DNA of 63,441 nucleotides, filler included, from Chiloscyllium plagiosum (taxonomy: Eukaryota), in the NCBI RefSeq assembly GCF_004010195.1. It is 5 parts of one record of this genome, joined end to end, with 100 filler letters (N's around TTAATTAATTAA, not from the genome) between each part and the next. Parts side by side here need not be neighbours in the genome. Positions count along the whole stretch, not along the records: positions 1 to 29,898 come from NC_057713.1; positions 29,999 to 43,526 come from NC_057713.1; 3 more parts are not named here. One strand, given 5' to 3'. The notes under the pieces are model-generated. The model was not told the DNA's origin and made no database searches. It was given only the letters and a program-made list of their open reading frames with translations. Position 1 is the stretch's first letter. Each line of letters starts with the position of its first letter. The translations under genes and the position numbers were made by a program. This document shows, one piece after another, positions 26,745-39,350 of this stretch.

Positions 26745-28040
26745 GTTCCTTTACTGTCTTCATAATGCCACTGGCTTAGCTTTTTTTGCCACATCTTTTC
26801 CAAAAGCGCCTTTCTTTAATAACCAGCACTGTGTCTTTATGTGTCCCACCTTCCGGCAGTGAAAACACCTTTTCCCAGTGCCCTTCTGAAATTATCGGCA
26901 CTGTGTCCTACTCAGTGTGATATTTCTGTGCCCCACTCCATTACAGTGAAAACACCTAAGACCTTTCACCTCCGTTCCACCCACTTGGGCTTCTTTAACC
27001 AGTGGTAAATTCTTACTAGTGTTCTCTCCCCTCAGTTTCTTAGTGTCAGACCTCCCCTTCCCCCAACTCCTATCCCTCACAGTATGAAATTCTGGCCAGA
27101 AGCTTGTCTTATACACCAACATGTATTCATCTGCTAATTCTGCTGCCCTTCTCACTTCCTAAACTTTCTGTTCCTGCATGTGAATTCTTACCATCTCTGG
27201 AAGTGAGTTTTTAAACTCCTCTAGCAGAATAATCACTCTTAGAGCCTCAAAGGTAGTATCTATTTTTAAAGCATGCACCCATCAATCAAAATGACTATGT
27301 TTAATTCTTTTGAACTCAACATAAGTCTGACCTGGTTCCTTCTTTGTGTTTCTGAACTGCTGTCTGTATGCTACTGGTGTCAATTCATAAGCACTTAAAA
27401 TAGCCTGTTAAACCTCTTCATAATCTCTTGTCCCCTCATCTGACAGTGCGGCAAATACCTCACGAGCTCTACCTACCAGTTTAGTCTGAGCTAGCATTAT
27501 CCATAAATCCTCAGACCACTCTATCTGCCTCACCAATTTTTCAAATGAAATAAAGAAGGCTTCAACATCTTTCTCATCAAAATGTGGCAGAGTTTTGACA
27601 TGTTTGTATACATCACTACCTTTTCTTTTCATCTCCATCCTGTTAACTTGACTTTGCTGACTAAGTCACAACTTCAAATTCAAATTCTCTCTCTTTTTGT
27701 CTCTCCATTTCTTCTCTCTCTTTACTCAGCTAAGAACCTTCTCTCTCTTTTTTTTCTCTCTCTTTCTTATCTCTCTCTTTCTCTCTCCCTGTCTCTGTTT
27801 ATCTTCTAACTCCATTTTCCTCAATTGTAATTTAAGTTTTTCGTCCTCTACTGCACTTGTCTGTTTCTCTGACACACCCAAGTGTTTGAGTAATCCCCTT
27901 ACAATTTCAACTTTACTTTTGTCCTTCGTTAAACCCAAATCTAATTTCTTTGCTAATTCTAAATGTATGGCCTTTCTCTTTCCTTCTAAACTTCCTTGGC
28001 AAATTTGAGAATCATCTTCAAATCCCAGAACAGTGCCCAA
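26745..28040 (-). pseudogene. Gypsy/Gmr1 gag remnant
   Basis: Coiled-coil N-terminus, LPHFDEKDVEAFFISFEK..W..LVGRAREVFAALS..DYEEV, AAELADEY, CFHCNGVGH. Confidence 0.85.
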
Positions 28041-28042
28041 AC

Positions 28043-28745
28043 TGTTATGACATGGGATAAACCCACTGTGTTAACTTTAAACCAGCAACACAGAAGAGAT
28101 TTACCCCGTGCGATAATCTGTGAAAATTCGACTTAAAGTAAAAAGTAACAACTTCATTTCTTAAAGTATAACAGAGAATAATTAACTAACAACTGTTTAC
28201 AACTCCTTCCTCTAACCTATCTTTTACTTTCCCTTCTCTAACATTAGTCCAATAAAACCCCCAATTAAGATTTACTGGAAAATTCAAATTTCAAACCAGC
28301 CAGCTGTTGAATCTTCTCTTTATATCTTGCTCTGTAGTTTTGCTCTCCAGGTCAGTGTTGATGTTTTCCTCTGTGCAAACTCCTTCTCCAGACAGGTACC
28401 TTTCAGAGAGCTCTGACTAGCAGCCTACATCTGTTTGTCATGTGGCAAATCTCCCTCATCTGTTCAATTGTTCCCCTTCTTACACCCCAAAGTATCAGAT
28501 TGTCTCATTGGCTTTTAATACTGTCAATATACTAAATTTGAACTTGATTGGAATTTGGTATTTTTTGGGGTTAAATTTAAACTGATCGGCCTAATTCAAA
28601 TTTGTTTTTGTCTCCAGGCATCCAGCTACACTAACTGCTGGCCCATGTGTTACATTATATCTTGTTCAGAACACGTGGTGCTGTCAGGTAGTTCTGCCAG
28701 ATTTTGATTTTCTTAAAGGTACAGTACATCCACATCTTCATAGCA
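28043..28745 (-). repeat. 5' LTR of the Gypsy element
   Basis: TGTTATGA...TCATAGCA terminal inverted ends; direct repeat of 24517-25218. Confidence 0.85.
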
Positions 28746-29024
28746 CAAAGGACGACCAAAAAATTAATTTTAAAACAAGTGAAAAAATGGAATATGAGAG
28801 GAAGCATGCTAGCTACCTAACAAACAGATTGTGATAGTGTTGGCAAGTACATAAAAAAGGACAGTAGTTTAAGTTAATGTTGAACACTTTGAAACAGTTG
28901 GAAGAAAATTTTTTAAAGGGAATAAGGCAGTGACAGTGATATTGATCATAGTAGAAAACAAAAGTCATATACCGAAAACAGATGATAATCTAGGGGCTAA
29001 TGAGAGTAAATAAATGAAGGTCAA

Positions 29025-29615
29025 TCAGGGATAGTTGTGGGAAGTTGCGTGTGGAGTCAGAGGAGATAGGTGAAGCATTAAATGAATATTTTTCGACAGT
29101 ATTCACTCTAGAAAATGACAATGTTGTCAAGGAGAATACTGAGATACAGGTTACTAGACTAGGTGTGATTGAGGTTCACAAGGAAGAGGTATTAGAAATC
29201 CTGCAGAGTGTGAAAATAGATAAGTCCCCTGGGCTGGATGGGATGTACCCTAGGATCCTCTGGGAAGCAAGGGAGGAGATTGCCGAGTCTTTGGCATTGA
29301 TCTTTAAATCGTCATTGTCCACAGGAATAGTGCCAGAAGACTGGAGCATAGCAAATGTGGTTCCCCTGTTCAAGAAGGGGAGGAGAGACAACCCAGGTAA
29401 TTATAGACCAGTGAGCCTTACTTCAGTTGTTGGTAAAGTGTTGGAAAAAGTTATAAGAGATAGGATTTATAATCAGCTAGAAAAGAATAATTTGATTAGG
29501 GATAGTCAGCACAGTTTTGTGAAGGATATGTCGTGCCTCGCAAACCTCATTGAGTTCTTTGAGAAGGTGACCAAACAGGTAGGTGAGAGTAAACCAGTTG
29601 ATGTGGTGTATATGG
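29025..29615 (+). mobile_element. Young CR1 ORF2 segment with open frame
   Basis: ORF 29045-29662: KSPGLDGMYPRIL, VPEDWSIANVVPLFKKG, NYRPVSLTSVVGKVLE, SQHSF, VDVVYM. Confidence 0.92.
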
Positions 29616-29898
29616 AACCTCATAGACCCACAACCCCGCACCTCCCGCTTCTAACCTCATAGTCCCACAACCCTGCACCTCCCGCTTCTACATCCATAAC
29701 CTCATCACCTCGGGGGATCTCCCATCCACCGCCTCCAACCTCATAGTCCCACAACCCCGCACCTCCCGCTTCTACGTCCATAACCTCATCACCTCGGGGG
29801 ATCTCCCATCCACCGCCTCCAACCTCATAGTCCCACAACCCCGCACCGCCCGCTTCTACCTCCTGCCCAAAATCCACAAACCTGACTGCCCCGGCCGA
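29616..29898 (+). repeat. 5'-truncated PLE RT segment with tandem reiteration (37+84+84 bp)
   Basis: AACCTCATAG unit starts at 29616, 29653, 29737 and 29821; the last copy reads NLIVPQPRTARFYLLPKIHKPDCPGR (PLE RT motif). Confidence 0.8.
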
Positions 29899-29998
29899 NN
29901 NNNNNNNNNNNNNNNNNNNNNNNNNNNNNNNNNNNNNNNNNNTTAATTAATTAANNNNNNNNNNNNNNNNNNNNNNNNNNNNNNNNNNNNNNNNNNNN
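29899..29998. other. Assembly gap with artificial TTAATTAATTAA spacer
   Basis: N44-TTAATTAATTAA-N44, identical at four sites. Confidence 0.97.
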
Positions 29999-30690
29999 GA
30001 GCAGAGAGATCTCGGTGTCCAGGTACACAGATCCTTGAAAGTTGCCACCCAGGTTGACAGGGTTGCTAAGAAGGCATACAGTATTTTTAGCTTTTATTAA
30101 TAGAGGGATTGAGTTCCGGAACCATGAGGTTATGTTACAGCTGTACAAAACTCTGGTGCGGCTGCACTTGCCAAGTATTGTGCATAGTTCTGATCACCGC
30201 ATTATAAGAAGGATGTGGAAGCTTTGGAAAGGGTGCAGAGGAGATTTACTAGGATGTTGCCTGGTATGGAGGGATGGTCTTACGAGGAAAGGCTGAGGGA
30301 CTTGAGGCTGTTTTCATTAGAGAGAAGAAGGTTGAGAGGTGACTTAATAGAGACTTATAAGATAATCAGAGGGTTAGATAGGGTGGACAGGGAGAGCCTT
30401 TTTCCAAGTATGGTGACGGCGAGCACGAAGGGGCATAGCTTTAAATTGAGGGGTGATAGATGTCAGAGGGAGTATCTTTACTCAGAGAGTAGTAAGGGTA
30501 TGAAATGCTTTGCCTGCATCGGTAGTAGATTCGCCAACTTTATGTACATTTAAGTCGTCATTAGACAAGCATATGGACTTACATGGAATAGTGTGGGTTA
30601 GATGGGCTTCAGATTGGTATGACAGGTCGGTGCAACATCAAGGACCAAAGTGCCTGTACTGTGCTGTAATGTTTTATGTTCTATGCTCTA
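29999..30690 (+). mobile_element. CR1 LINE 3' end
   Basis: LQLYKTLVRLHL, LERVQRRFTRMLPG, LFSLERRRLRGDLIETYKI, TTCTATG-type tail. Confidence 0.92.
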
Positions 30691-30699
30691 TCACCAGAA

Positions 30700-31690
30700 A
30701 AGAAATACTCAAAACTCTTAAGGGTCAAAAGTCCAATTCAATGGCCTATACCTGGGGTTCTAAAAGAGATAGCTGCAAAGTTAGTGGATGCACTGTCTAC
30801 AATTTTCCAAGATTCCCTAAATTTTAGAAAATTCCCAGGTTTTTGAAAATTACAAATGTGGCATTGTTGCTCATGAAATGAGGGAAAGGGAAAGCAGGGA
30901 ACTGCAGGCCAGTTAAGACTCACATCAGGACTGTGTCGGAATCCATTATTAATAAAGTCTTAAGATACTCTTCCAAAATTATAAAATTATCAGACAATGT
31001 CAACCTGGTTTTGGAAAGAGGAAAAGAAAGTGTTTTTATATTTAAATACATTCATTTGAGGATCCTACAACTGTGGAAAAAAGAGGGGATCCAGTGGATG
31101 TAGTAAATTTGGATTTCTGAAAGGCATTCTGACAAGGTGCTGCACAGGATGGGGGTTTATGGAACAGAGTCTAAAATATTTTCATGGGTAGAGGATTAGT
31201 TAATGTCTAGGAAGCAAAGACGAGGGATGAATACATTTAATGGTAGGGCCCTAGGGTACCGGTGCACAATTGCTTGAAAGTGGAGTTGCAAGTAGACAGG
31301 GTGGTGAAGAAGGCATTTGGCACACTTGCCTTCATTGATCAGAACATTGAGTGTAGGAGTTGACAGGTCATATTGTAGCTGTATGGGAGATGAATGAGGC
31401 CAGTTTTAGAACACTTTGTACAATTCTGGTCTCCCTGCTATAAGAAGGATGTTGTTAAACTTGAGAGAGCGCAGAAAAACTATACAAGGATTTTGCCATG
31501 ACTGGAAGGTTTACATTATAGTGAAAGACAGGATAGGCTGGGTTTTTCTCCCCTGGAGCCTTGGAAGCTGTGGGATGTCCTTATAGAGATTTATAAAATC
31601 ATGAAGGACATGGATATGGTGAATAGCCAAGGTCCTTTTCCTAGGGTGGGAAATCCAAACCTCGAGGGCAAAGATTTAAGGTGAGAGGGG
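30700..31690 (+). mobile_element. Older CR1 fragments
   Basis: Degenerate GNCRPVRLT, DF.KAF.DKV and 3' ORF2 segments. Confidence 0.65.
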
Positions 31691-32960
31691 TGTGACAATG
31701 TATACTTCAGACTTCTAATCAATGTTCATGGACTGAAACAATCAACAAAGATGAACTGTTACACGTGGATTGAAAGTAGCAGTAATAATTGTTTATAAAA
31801 TAAACGGTTTCTTGAAAAATTGTTATAAAAAGGATTTACAACAACATGTGAATTAACCATCGCTGGGAAGAAACTACATAAACAAACTGTTTCTTGGGAC
31901 AGAGGACATAATCAGTATTTGATCATTCCTGCCTCATGACAAATACGCGATTAAGACCTGCCTGCAGAAACAATGGTCTGAAGTAAAGGTGCTAATAGCA
32001 GAAAAAAGCTGTGCTTTAAACAGACAGCTAACCCCGAATGTAATGAAGCAGCTATTTTTGCTGAGAAAGCAAGCTGCAGACTTGAGGACTCCGAAAGTAT
32101 AATCAATATTCGGAATATTCCAAAAGAATCTAAAGGATATGACAAACTTTAAAGATAGAAAACTGTGTGACAAACTAACACCAGAACAACTCAACAGTAG
32201 TACTTTGAAGAACAGCACTGCACAAGCACCGAATCCTGGACATTTCCAAAGACAAATCATTGTTGGTTGAAATCCTGGCTATTAATTAGTTAATAGCTAT
32301 TTGGGTTGCAGGCTTATACCTGCTTACCGAGGAGTCTTAGTATTAAGTTTAAATCATTGCTTTACTACTTGATTGTCTGTGAGATTTCCTAATAAGCAGC
32401 CGAATTAAAGGTAACTTGCAATTTATTCACAACAATTGCTGTCTCTGGGTGGCTTGAAAGGAATTGAATTTTAAATTGCTCCAAAATCAAAGCTATCAGC
32501 CTTGTATGCTCAGAAGCCCTGAATGCAAATTAAGAAGGCCGGGAATTAAAGTCCCCAGATGAGGATAGAGGCAACAATTTTCAGATTTAATCAGAACATT
32601 AAAATTTTTGTATTATTGAATTTACCTTTGGAACTTAGCTTTGAAATCATGAGAATCAACCTGAATGGGAGAGCTTGGTTAAGGAATATTTGAATAAGAA
32701 GTTACTGAAGTGGATAGAGTCTTGTAAAATTTGTGATGTTAGGAGCCCCAGGGCCTCCAATCATTTGTTACAGTCAGGAAGTCCATGGGAGAACGCGTAC
32801 CCAAAGAGGGTGGTCTGTTGGGAATTTATTGTGTTTTTGCAGAAACTTGGTTCACAAAGTATATGTATTAAAGCAGAAGAATATTGCAATAAGAGAGTTG
32901 AAGTTAGAAGTTGAGGAGTTACAATTAGAAAACATAGAGTAAAAATTGAAACTTGATGCG
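31691..32960 (+). mobile_element. Possible degraded LTR plus gag start
   Basis: Begins TGTGACA exactly where a CR1 is cut; ...ACAACA near 32434; downstream coiled-coil-like coding remnant. No second LTR confirmed. Confidence 0.3.
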
Positions 32961-32977
32961 TTAGAAGCTAAATAAAA

Positions 32978-34430
32978 ATGGAAAGAACTGCAGATGCTGT
33001 AAATCAAAAACAAAACAGATGTTGCTGGTAAATCTCAGCAGGTCTGGCAACATCTGTAAAGAGAAAGCAGAGTTAATGTTTCGAGTCCAGTGATCCTTCC
33101 TCAGAACTGATGGTAGCTAGGAAAATGTCAGTTCATATGCAGAAGATTGGGAGCGTGTAAGGAGTAAATGATAGGTGGGGAAAGAAAAACAGTTGGACTC
33201 ACAAAGGACTGGATAATGATCTGGCTGGGAGAGTGAAAAGCTGTCAATGGAGACTGTTAATGGCTAACATTAGGTAGTATGTAATGGCAGACTATGTGAT
33301 AACAAGGAGAAAGTGAGGACTGCAGATGCTGGAGATCAGAGCTTAAAAATGTGTTGCTGGAAAAGCGCAGCAGGTCAGGCAGCATCAAAGGAGCAGGAGA
33401 ATCGACGTTTCGGGCTTAAGCCTTGTGTATGTGATAACAAGGACTAATGCGTGGGGTAGGAGGCTAGGACATGAGACAGTTCAGGCCCTAAAATTATTGA
33501 ACTTGATATTGGGTCCAGAAGGCTGCAGAGTCCCTATCAGGAAAATGGGGTGTTGTTCTTCCAACTTGCACTGAGCTTCACTGGAGTGCTTCAGCAGGCC
33601 TGCGCTAGAGATTATGGTCAGGGAGCAGGGTGGTGTGTTAAAGTGGCAGGCAACTGGAAGCTTGGGGTCCTTTTACAGGCAGAATGTAGGTGTTCTGCGA
33701 AGTGGTCATCCAATCTACACCTCATCTCGCCAATGTAGAAGAGGCCACATTGTAAGCAGGGAATGCAGTAGACTAGATTGTGTGAAGTACAGGTGAAGTG
33801 CTGCTTCATCTGGAAGGTATGTTTGGGCCCTTGGTTACTGGGGATGGACGTGGTAAATGGGCAAGTATTACACCTTTGGTAATTGCAGGGAAAGGGGCTG
33901 TGAAGGGAAGTTGGGAGTGAAGTAACAGTGGACCAGGGTGTCCCAGAGGGAAGAGTCCCTGCGGAAGGTGGACATGAGAGGGAAGGGAATATGTGGTAGG
34001 ATCTCGCTTGAGGTGGTGGATATGGATGTGGATGCTGGTGGAATTATAGGTAAAGACACAGGGAACCTGATCGCTGTTGCGGGAGGGAAGGAGGGGTGGG
34101 AGCGGAAGTGCGGGAAATGGGTCGGACCTGGCAGAGGGCCCTATTGACAACGGTGCTGGGGAGTCCTCAGCTGAGGAAGAAGGTGGACATTTCGGAGGAT
34201 CTCTTGTCAAAGTTGGCCTCATTGGAACAATGTGACAGAGACAGAGATACTGGGAGAATGGAATAGAGTCTTTACAGGAAATGGGATGTAAGGATGCATA
34301 GTTGAGGCAGCTGTGGGATTCAGTGGGTTTATAGTGGATATTAGTGGCTAATCTATCCCCAGAAATGGAAACAGAAATGTCAAGGAAGGGAAGGGAGGAG
34401 TCCAAGGTAGAACAGGTGAAAGTGTGGTTG
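32978..34430 (-). mobile_element. Penelope-like element (RT C-terminus, GIY-YIG, pLTR) with a younger PLE end nested at 33309-33427
   Basis: SLPFLDISVS, TNIHYKPTESHSCLNY..HP..CKDSIPFSQ, NLVYCIPCLQCGLFYIGEMRCRLDDHFAEH; the nested copy has 16-bp TSD TATGTGATAACAAGGA (33293-33308, 33428-33443). Confidence 0.88.
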
Positions 34431-34635
34431 GAGTCCGGAATAGGTGTAGAACAAGGAATTCCAGACCTCTCCCACAACTCTCATTGGTGCTGCTTCCTTC
34501 TCTCATCCAGAATGTTTGTTTCTTTTTTTCTATCTCATTTCTAATTAACTTCATCCACACTGTGCTATTCACAGCCAGTGTGGAGCAGCTCCACAATATC
34601 GTTGCAAAGTTGCATCCAGGTTTGCTAGGTTGGAA

Positions 34636-34767
34636 GGAGAAAGTGAGGTCTGCAGATGCTGGAGATCAAAGTTGAAACTTTATTGCTGGAACAGCACAGC
34701 AGGTCAGGCAGCATCCAGGGAACAGGAGATTCGACGTTTCGGGCACAGGCCCTTCTTCAGGAATCTG
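34636..34767 (-). mobile_element. Short PLE end with intact minimal hammerhead, 14-bp TSD
   Basis: TSD TTGCTAGGTTGGAA at 34622-34635 and 34768-34781. Confidence 0.85.
34729..34764 (-). ncRNA. Minimal type I hammerhead ribozyme motif
   Basis: Minus strand ATTC-CTGAAGA-AGGGC-CTGT-GCCC-GAAAC-GTC-GAAT: CUGANGA and GAAA boxes, stem II, GUC triplet, stem I ATTC/GAAT. Confidence 0.75.
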
Positions 34768-35749
34768 TTGCTAGGTTGGAATGCAAGATGTGAGGAAGAC
34801 ACTAACAAATGTATCATCTGATATCACGGGTTTTTAAGAAATGTTAAAAAGACATATGTGCTTTAAAAATCTGTGCATTGGTAATTAAGTTTAAAATATT
34901 TATTTAAGATCGATGTCTCTTCTTTACAGTAGAACGTTTCAATGCCTACTGAACTGTGTCACTGTCTTAAATCATGAAAAGGGAGATTTTTAGAATGTAC
35001 CTAATGCTGGGTGAAACAGTGGGATCCAATGTAAAAACTGTGCTTCCTGCCTCAAAATACATCAAAGTTGAAGTCCTTCAAGCTGATAACTGCAGCCTTT
35101 GAGAAGCTGTTTGACCTTATCGTCACAAACCTTGGACTAATCACGCCTCAGCATGGAAGGATTACTCATCAATCTGGAACAGGCACTCTTACAATTTGAA
35201 ACTGCATAAAGCTGTACAGTCATCTTAATGGGTAGAACTCCAGAAATAGAACTGCAGAGCTGAGAAAGAAGACACTTACAGAGGGCAGTTTTAACCCAAC
35301 GGATGACAAAGGAAAAATGCCGTTCAGTTGAAGAAATGCCAGGCAGAAAGTGCAGAAATCACAGAACTAGTAAAGAATAATGAAAGCTTCTCTCACTGAA
35401 AAGCCTGCTGTTCTGAAGAAAACACTACCCATTCAACTAGAGCTGCTGCTGCAATCGCTGGATCTGACTTCGCACCTAACCTCTTTGCTTCAGCAACAAG
35501 AAACTCAAGAAAGAGGTTCCAACATAATGCCATAGAGACTCATTAGGTATTTTTCTTATAAATATCTTTCTTAGCTTAACTGTCTCACAAACTCCTTGTA
35601 AATTACTATCTCTTTATCCCTTTGGAACATTCATTAATAACTTGGAATAAAGTAACAGTTATCCTGCTTAAATGAAAGCCAGACTCTGTCTACTTTAAAC
35701 AGTATCATTTCAAATCAAAATGGGAACTGTATGGGCTATATTAATCTAC

Positions 35750-36800
35750 AGTTCACTGACTACACTGGATAATTGTAACAACACAAAGAGACTGTCCAAA
35801 GATATAGACAGTCAGGGAACCACAAAGTGGTAGATGAAAAATCTTGTGGAGATGTGAGAGGTCATTCACTTTAGTCAAAACAATAGAAAAGAGCATCTTT
35901 TAAAAAGTGTGAACCTTGTAAACATTGACCTTCAGAGGGTCTTTGGCATCTTGCTCAGGTATGGTAACATGCAGGTACAGCAAGCAATTAGGAATGCTTT
36001 TGCCATGTTGACCTTCATTGCAAGGAATTGCAGTATAGAGTAAAGAAACCTTGCTCTGCAATTGGACAGGATTTTTATAAGATCATGCCTGGTTGTCATG
36101 ACAATTTAGGCCTCCATATTGAGGGATGAATATACCTGCAAAGGAGGCAGTGAAGGATCACTACTAGATTGAAAATTTAACGAATGAGAGCGTTGTCCTA
36201 TGATATGAGGCTGCCTAATTTCACTCTATATTCTCTGGGGCTCAGAAGCATAAGATGCAATCTCACTGTGACATGCAAAATTCTGAAGCAGCCTGATTGG
36301 GTTGAAAATATATTGTTTCTACACACTGGAAGAAAGGGACTTAATCTCAGGATTAAGTGGATAACTATTTAGGACTAGGATAAGAAGAAATATCTTCATT
36401 CAAGCCAATGTGAAATGTGAAGATTTGTAGCTCAGGTTGAGGCTCTGGATGTAGGTTTGCTCACTGAACTGGAAGGTTTATTTCCAGATGTTTCATCATC
36501 CTACTGAAGTGGAAATGACATCACCACAGGAAATGCCATCATCTACCCAAAGAAATCCAAACATATAAATAGAAAGCAGGAATCATCAACAGTGCTTCAC
36601 CCTGAAGCCCACTGAAGATGTTACCTAGTAGGGTGACGAAACATCTGGAAATGAACCTTCCAGCTCAGCAAGAAAACCTACATCCAATGTGAAACCTTTG
36701 TAATTCTTTACCCCACAGGCTTGCGCATGCTTCATTGTGGAATATATTTAAGGCTGGAAGAGAGTTTTTTGGTTAGATAGTATGAAACACTCTAGCTCTT
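35750..36800 (+). mobile_element. Old CR1 remnant containing an inverted-repeat PLE insertion (36416-36683)
   Basis: TSD CCAATGTGAAA at 36405-36415 and 36684-36694; CTGAAGA-TGTTACC..GGTGAC-GAAACATC near 36612-36645. Confidence 0.7.
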
Positions 36801-37479
36801 GTTTCCTATGCTCTAATGTATTAGCAAACGATTGGTCTACCTGCTGTGGAAATGAGATGAGAATGTACTTGTTAATAATGAATGGGAAAGGTACCTGGGA
36901 AGACGTTATTTTCAGGAATTCGAAGATGATACAGCTCTCTGGTTGAGAAATCAGGGAAAGGAGAATGACTTGATTATGTTAGATGCTTATTCAATACAAA
37001 TTTGGTAATGTTTCCAACATTTAGATTAGTAATCAAGATTCCCCACAAAGTGGTTGTGTTATCGAGAAGCAACACAGATAAAATGAAGTAATGTTGGAGT
37101 GTCTGCTCACTAAATTTGGATGCAGATTTATTGAAGCGTTTGACAGAAAGACCTGAATTAAAAATCTTTTTCAGCTGGGGAGAAGGGAAAAATGAAGGAT
37201 GCTGAGGGGCAAGTAAAAGAGTATAAAAAAGAAAATAATTAACAGCAGAGAGGGTAAAGACTTAAAGTGATTGGCCAGTGAACCTGAGGGAGTATGAAGA
37301 AAAACCTTTTCTTAATATAATGAGTGATTAGAATTTGGAAATACGGGGTCTGATCAGGTCATGAATGAAGATCCACTAGTGAACTTGAAAAGATATTTGG
37401 ACAAAACTTTCAAACCTGGAGTAGGAGACAATGGTAAGTGAGAGGGAATAAATTGAACTCTTTTTTTAAATAACCAGTC

Positions 37480-39350
37480 CTCATCCATGCTAATAAGCTA
37501 CTCCCAATACATTAAGTTCCTATTTTATATAATAATTTCTTTATGTGGCATCTTACCAAATATCTTCCGGAAATGTAAACACTCTACATCCCTTTATTAA
37601 CTCTGCTTGTTATATCCCAAAGGTCTCTAACAAATTGATCAAATGTGATTTCCATTTCACACAACTATGTTGACTCTGTTTGATTGTATCAAGCTTTCCT
37701 AATGGCCTATTTCTTCCTTAATAATACTCTGACATTTTTTGAATGACTAATATAAGGCTAACTGGCCTATAGGTTCCTGTTTTTTTGGTCTCCCTCCCTT
37801 CTTGAATAAGAGCTTCAAATTAGCATTTTTCCAATCATCTGGAACCCTCCTGAATACTGGGATATTTCAATTAATACTTCACTATCTCTGAAGCTTCTTA
37901 CTTTAAAATTCAGGCCGACAGGTCCTGGCAACTTGTTGGTATTTAGTCCCATTAATTTGTTCAATACTTTGTCCCTCATGACAAAGACTATTACAAGATG
38001 TTTCCTCCCATTAGATACTTTGCTTATCTGCTACACTGAGATGTTTACGGTGTCCTCCACCATGCAAAATATTGATTTTGGTTATCTGCCAATCCTCTTT
38101 CCCCATTATTAATTCCCAGTTGCAGCAGCCAAAGGTCCCACACTCACTTTAGCTGCTCTCTTTCTTTTCCAAAACAATTCCCAATCCTCTGGTTTATCAT
38201 TAGTTTTTGCTTGGAGTGCCTGAGATTTTGATTGGTATTCTCCTTGTCAGCTGCTGAAACTTTATTGCTGGAACAGCACAGCAGGTCAGGCAGCATCTAG
38301 GGAACAGAAGATTCGACGTTTCGGGCACATGCCCTTCTTCAGGAATTCTTCCTGAAGAAGGGCATGTGCCCGAAATGTCGAATCTTCTGTTCCCTAGATA
38401 CTGCCTGACCTGCTGTGCTGTTCCAGCAATAAAGTTTCAGCTTTGATCTCCAGCGTCTGCAGACCTCACTTTATTCTCCTTGTCAGCTTTTGTTAAGCAT
38501 GGGCAGCTCATTTTTCGCATTAAGTCCTTCTTTTTGACCAGAATAAATTCTTGTTGGGCGTTATGAAATATCTGTTTAACTGTCTGCCTCTGCCTGTCCA
38601 ATTACCTTACCCTTGTCTATTTTCCCAGAATGCGTTAGATAGCTGATTCTTCATACCACTGTAATTGCTTTTATTTGAGTTGAGAACATTGGTTTGAGAC
38701 CCAAATTTCTCTCCCTAAAGCAAAATTTGCAATTCTACCATGGTGTGATTGCTCCAGTCACCAGCAACCAGGATTCTTGACAATGAGGTATCTTATTAAT
38801 CCAACCTCATTACATATTACTAGGTAGCCTGTTCCTCAGATAGATTGTGCAAAGTACTATAATCCCTGATGCACTCTACAAATTCATCTTCCACATTACC
38901 GTTGCCTACCTGATTTATCCAGTCAATACATATTAAAATCACATGACAATTGTAGTGTCCTTCTTATCTGTCTCTTATTATTTCCCAATTTACACTTTGT
39001 CCTACAATCAGGCAACCCATTGTGGGCCAACGGATGATTCCCACCCGTGAGTTATTTCTCTTGCGATTCCTTATTTCCAACCAAATTGTTTTCACGTCAT
39101 GCTAAATTGTCATTACTCACCACCACATTGAGACTTTTCTTTATTAAGAAAGCTACCCCACCTCCATTCCCTTTTAGGCTATTCTTCTGGAACATCAAAT
39201 ACCTTGAAAATTGAGTTCTATGATATGACCTCCCTGCATCCCAATCTTTCTAATAGCTATCAATAAATAGTCATTTAGTTTTGCTTGTACTATCAACACA
39301 TCCACCATGTTTCCAAATGCTGTGTGCATTCAGATAAGTTTTGACTATTT
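37480..39350 (-). mobile_element. Old CR1 ORF2 remnant (endonuclease to RT)
   Basis: Reverse complement gives degenerate GTYRPVSL and RVPDDWKNAN segments. Confidence 0.6.
38253..38471. mobile_element. Palindromic PLE end with 17-bp TSD
   Basis: 93-bp arms at 38253-38345 and 38349-38441 with a 3-nt loop; TSD TATTCTCCTTGTCAGCT at 38236-38252 and 38472-38488. Confidence 0.9.

Larger units (their letters stand above)
24517..28745 (-). mobile_element. Gypsy LTR retrotransposon (Gmr1-like), internally deleted and rearranged
   Basis: Two LTRs of about 700 bp; 4-bp TSD CAAA at 24513-24516 and 28746-28749; gag, zinc knuckles, protease and RT/RNase H remnants; the flanks rejoin into one CR1 ORF2 remnant. 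Confidence 0.9.

Noticed and set aside
29616..29860. Repeat-spacer-like array resembling CRISPR
   Set aside because: The intervening sequences are near-identical, the repeat translates to PLE RT, the context is eukaryotic and there are no cas genes.
29943..29954. TTAATTAATTAA palindrome recurring four times
   Set aside because: Always centred in N runs of identical length; an assembly linker, not biology.
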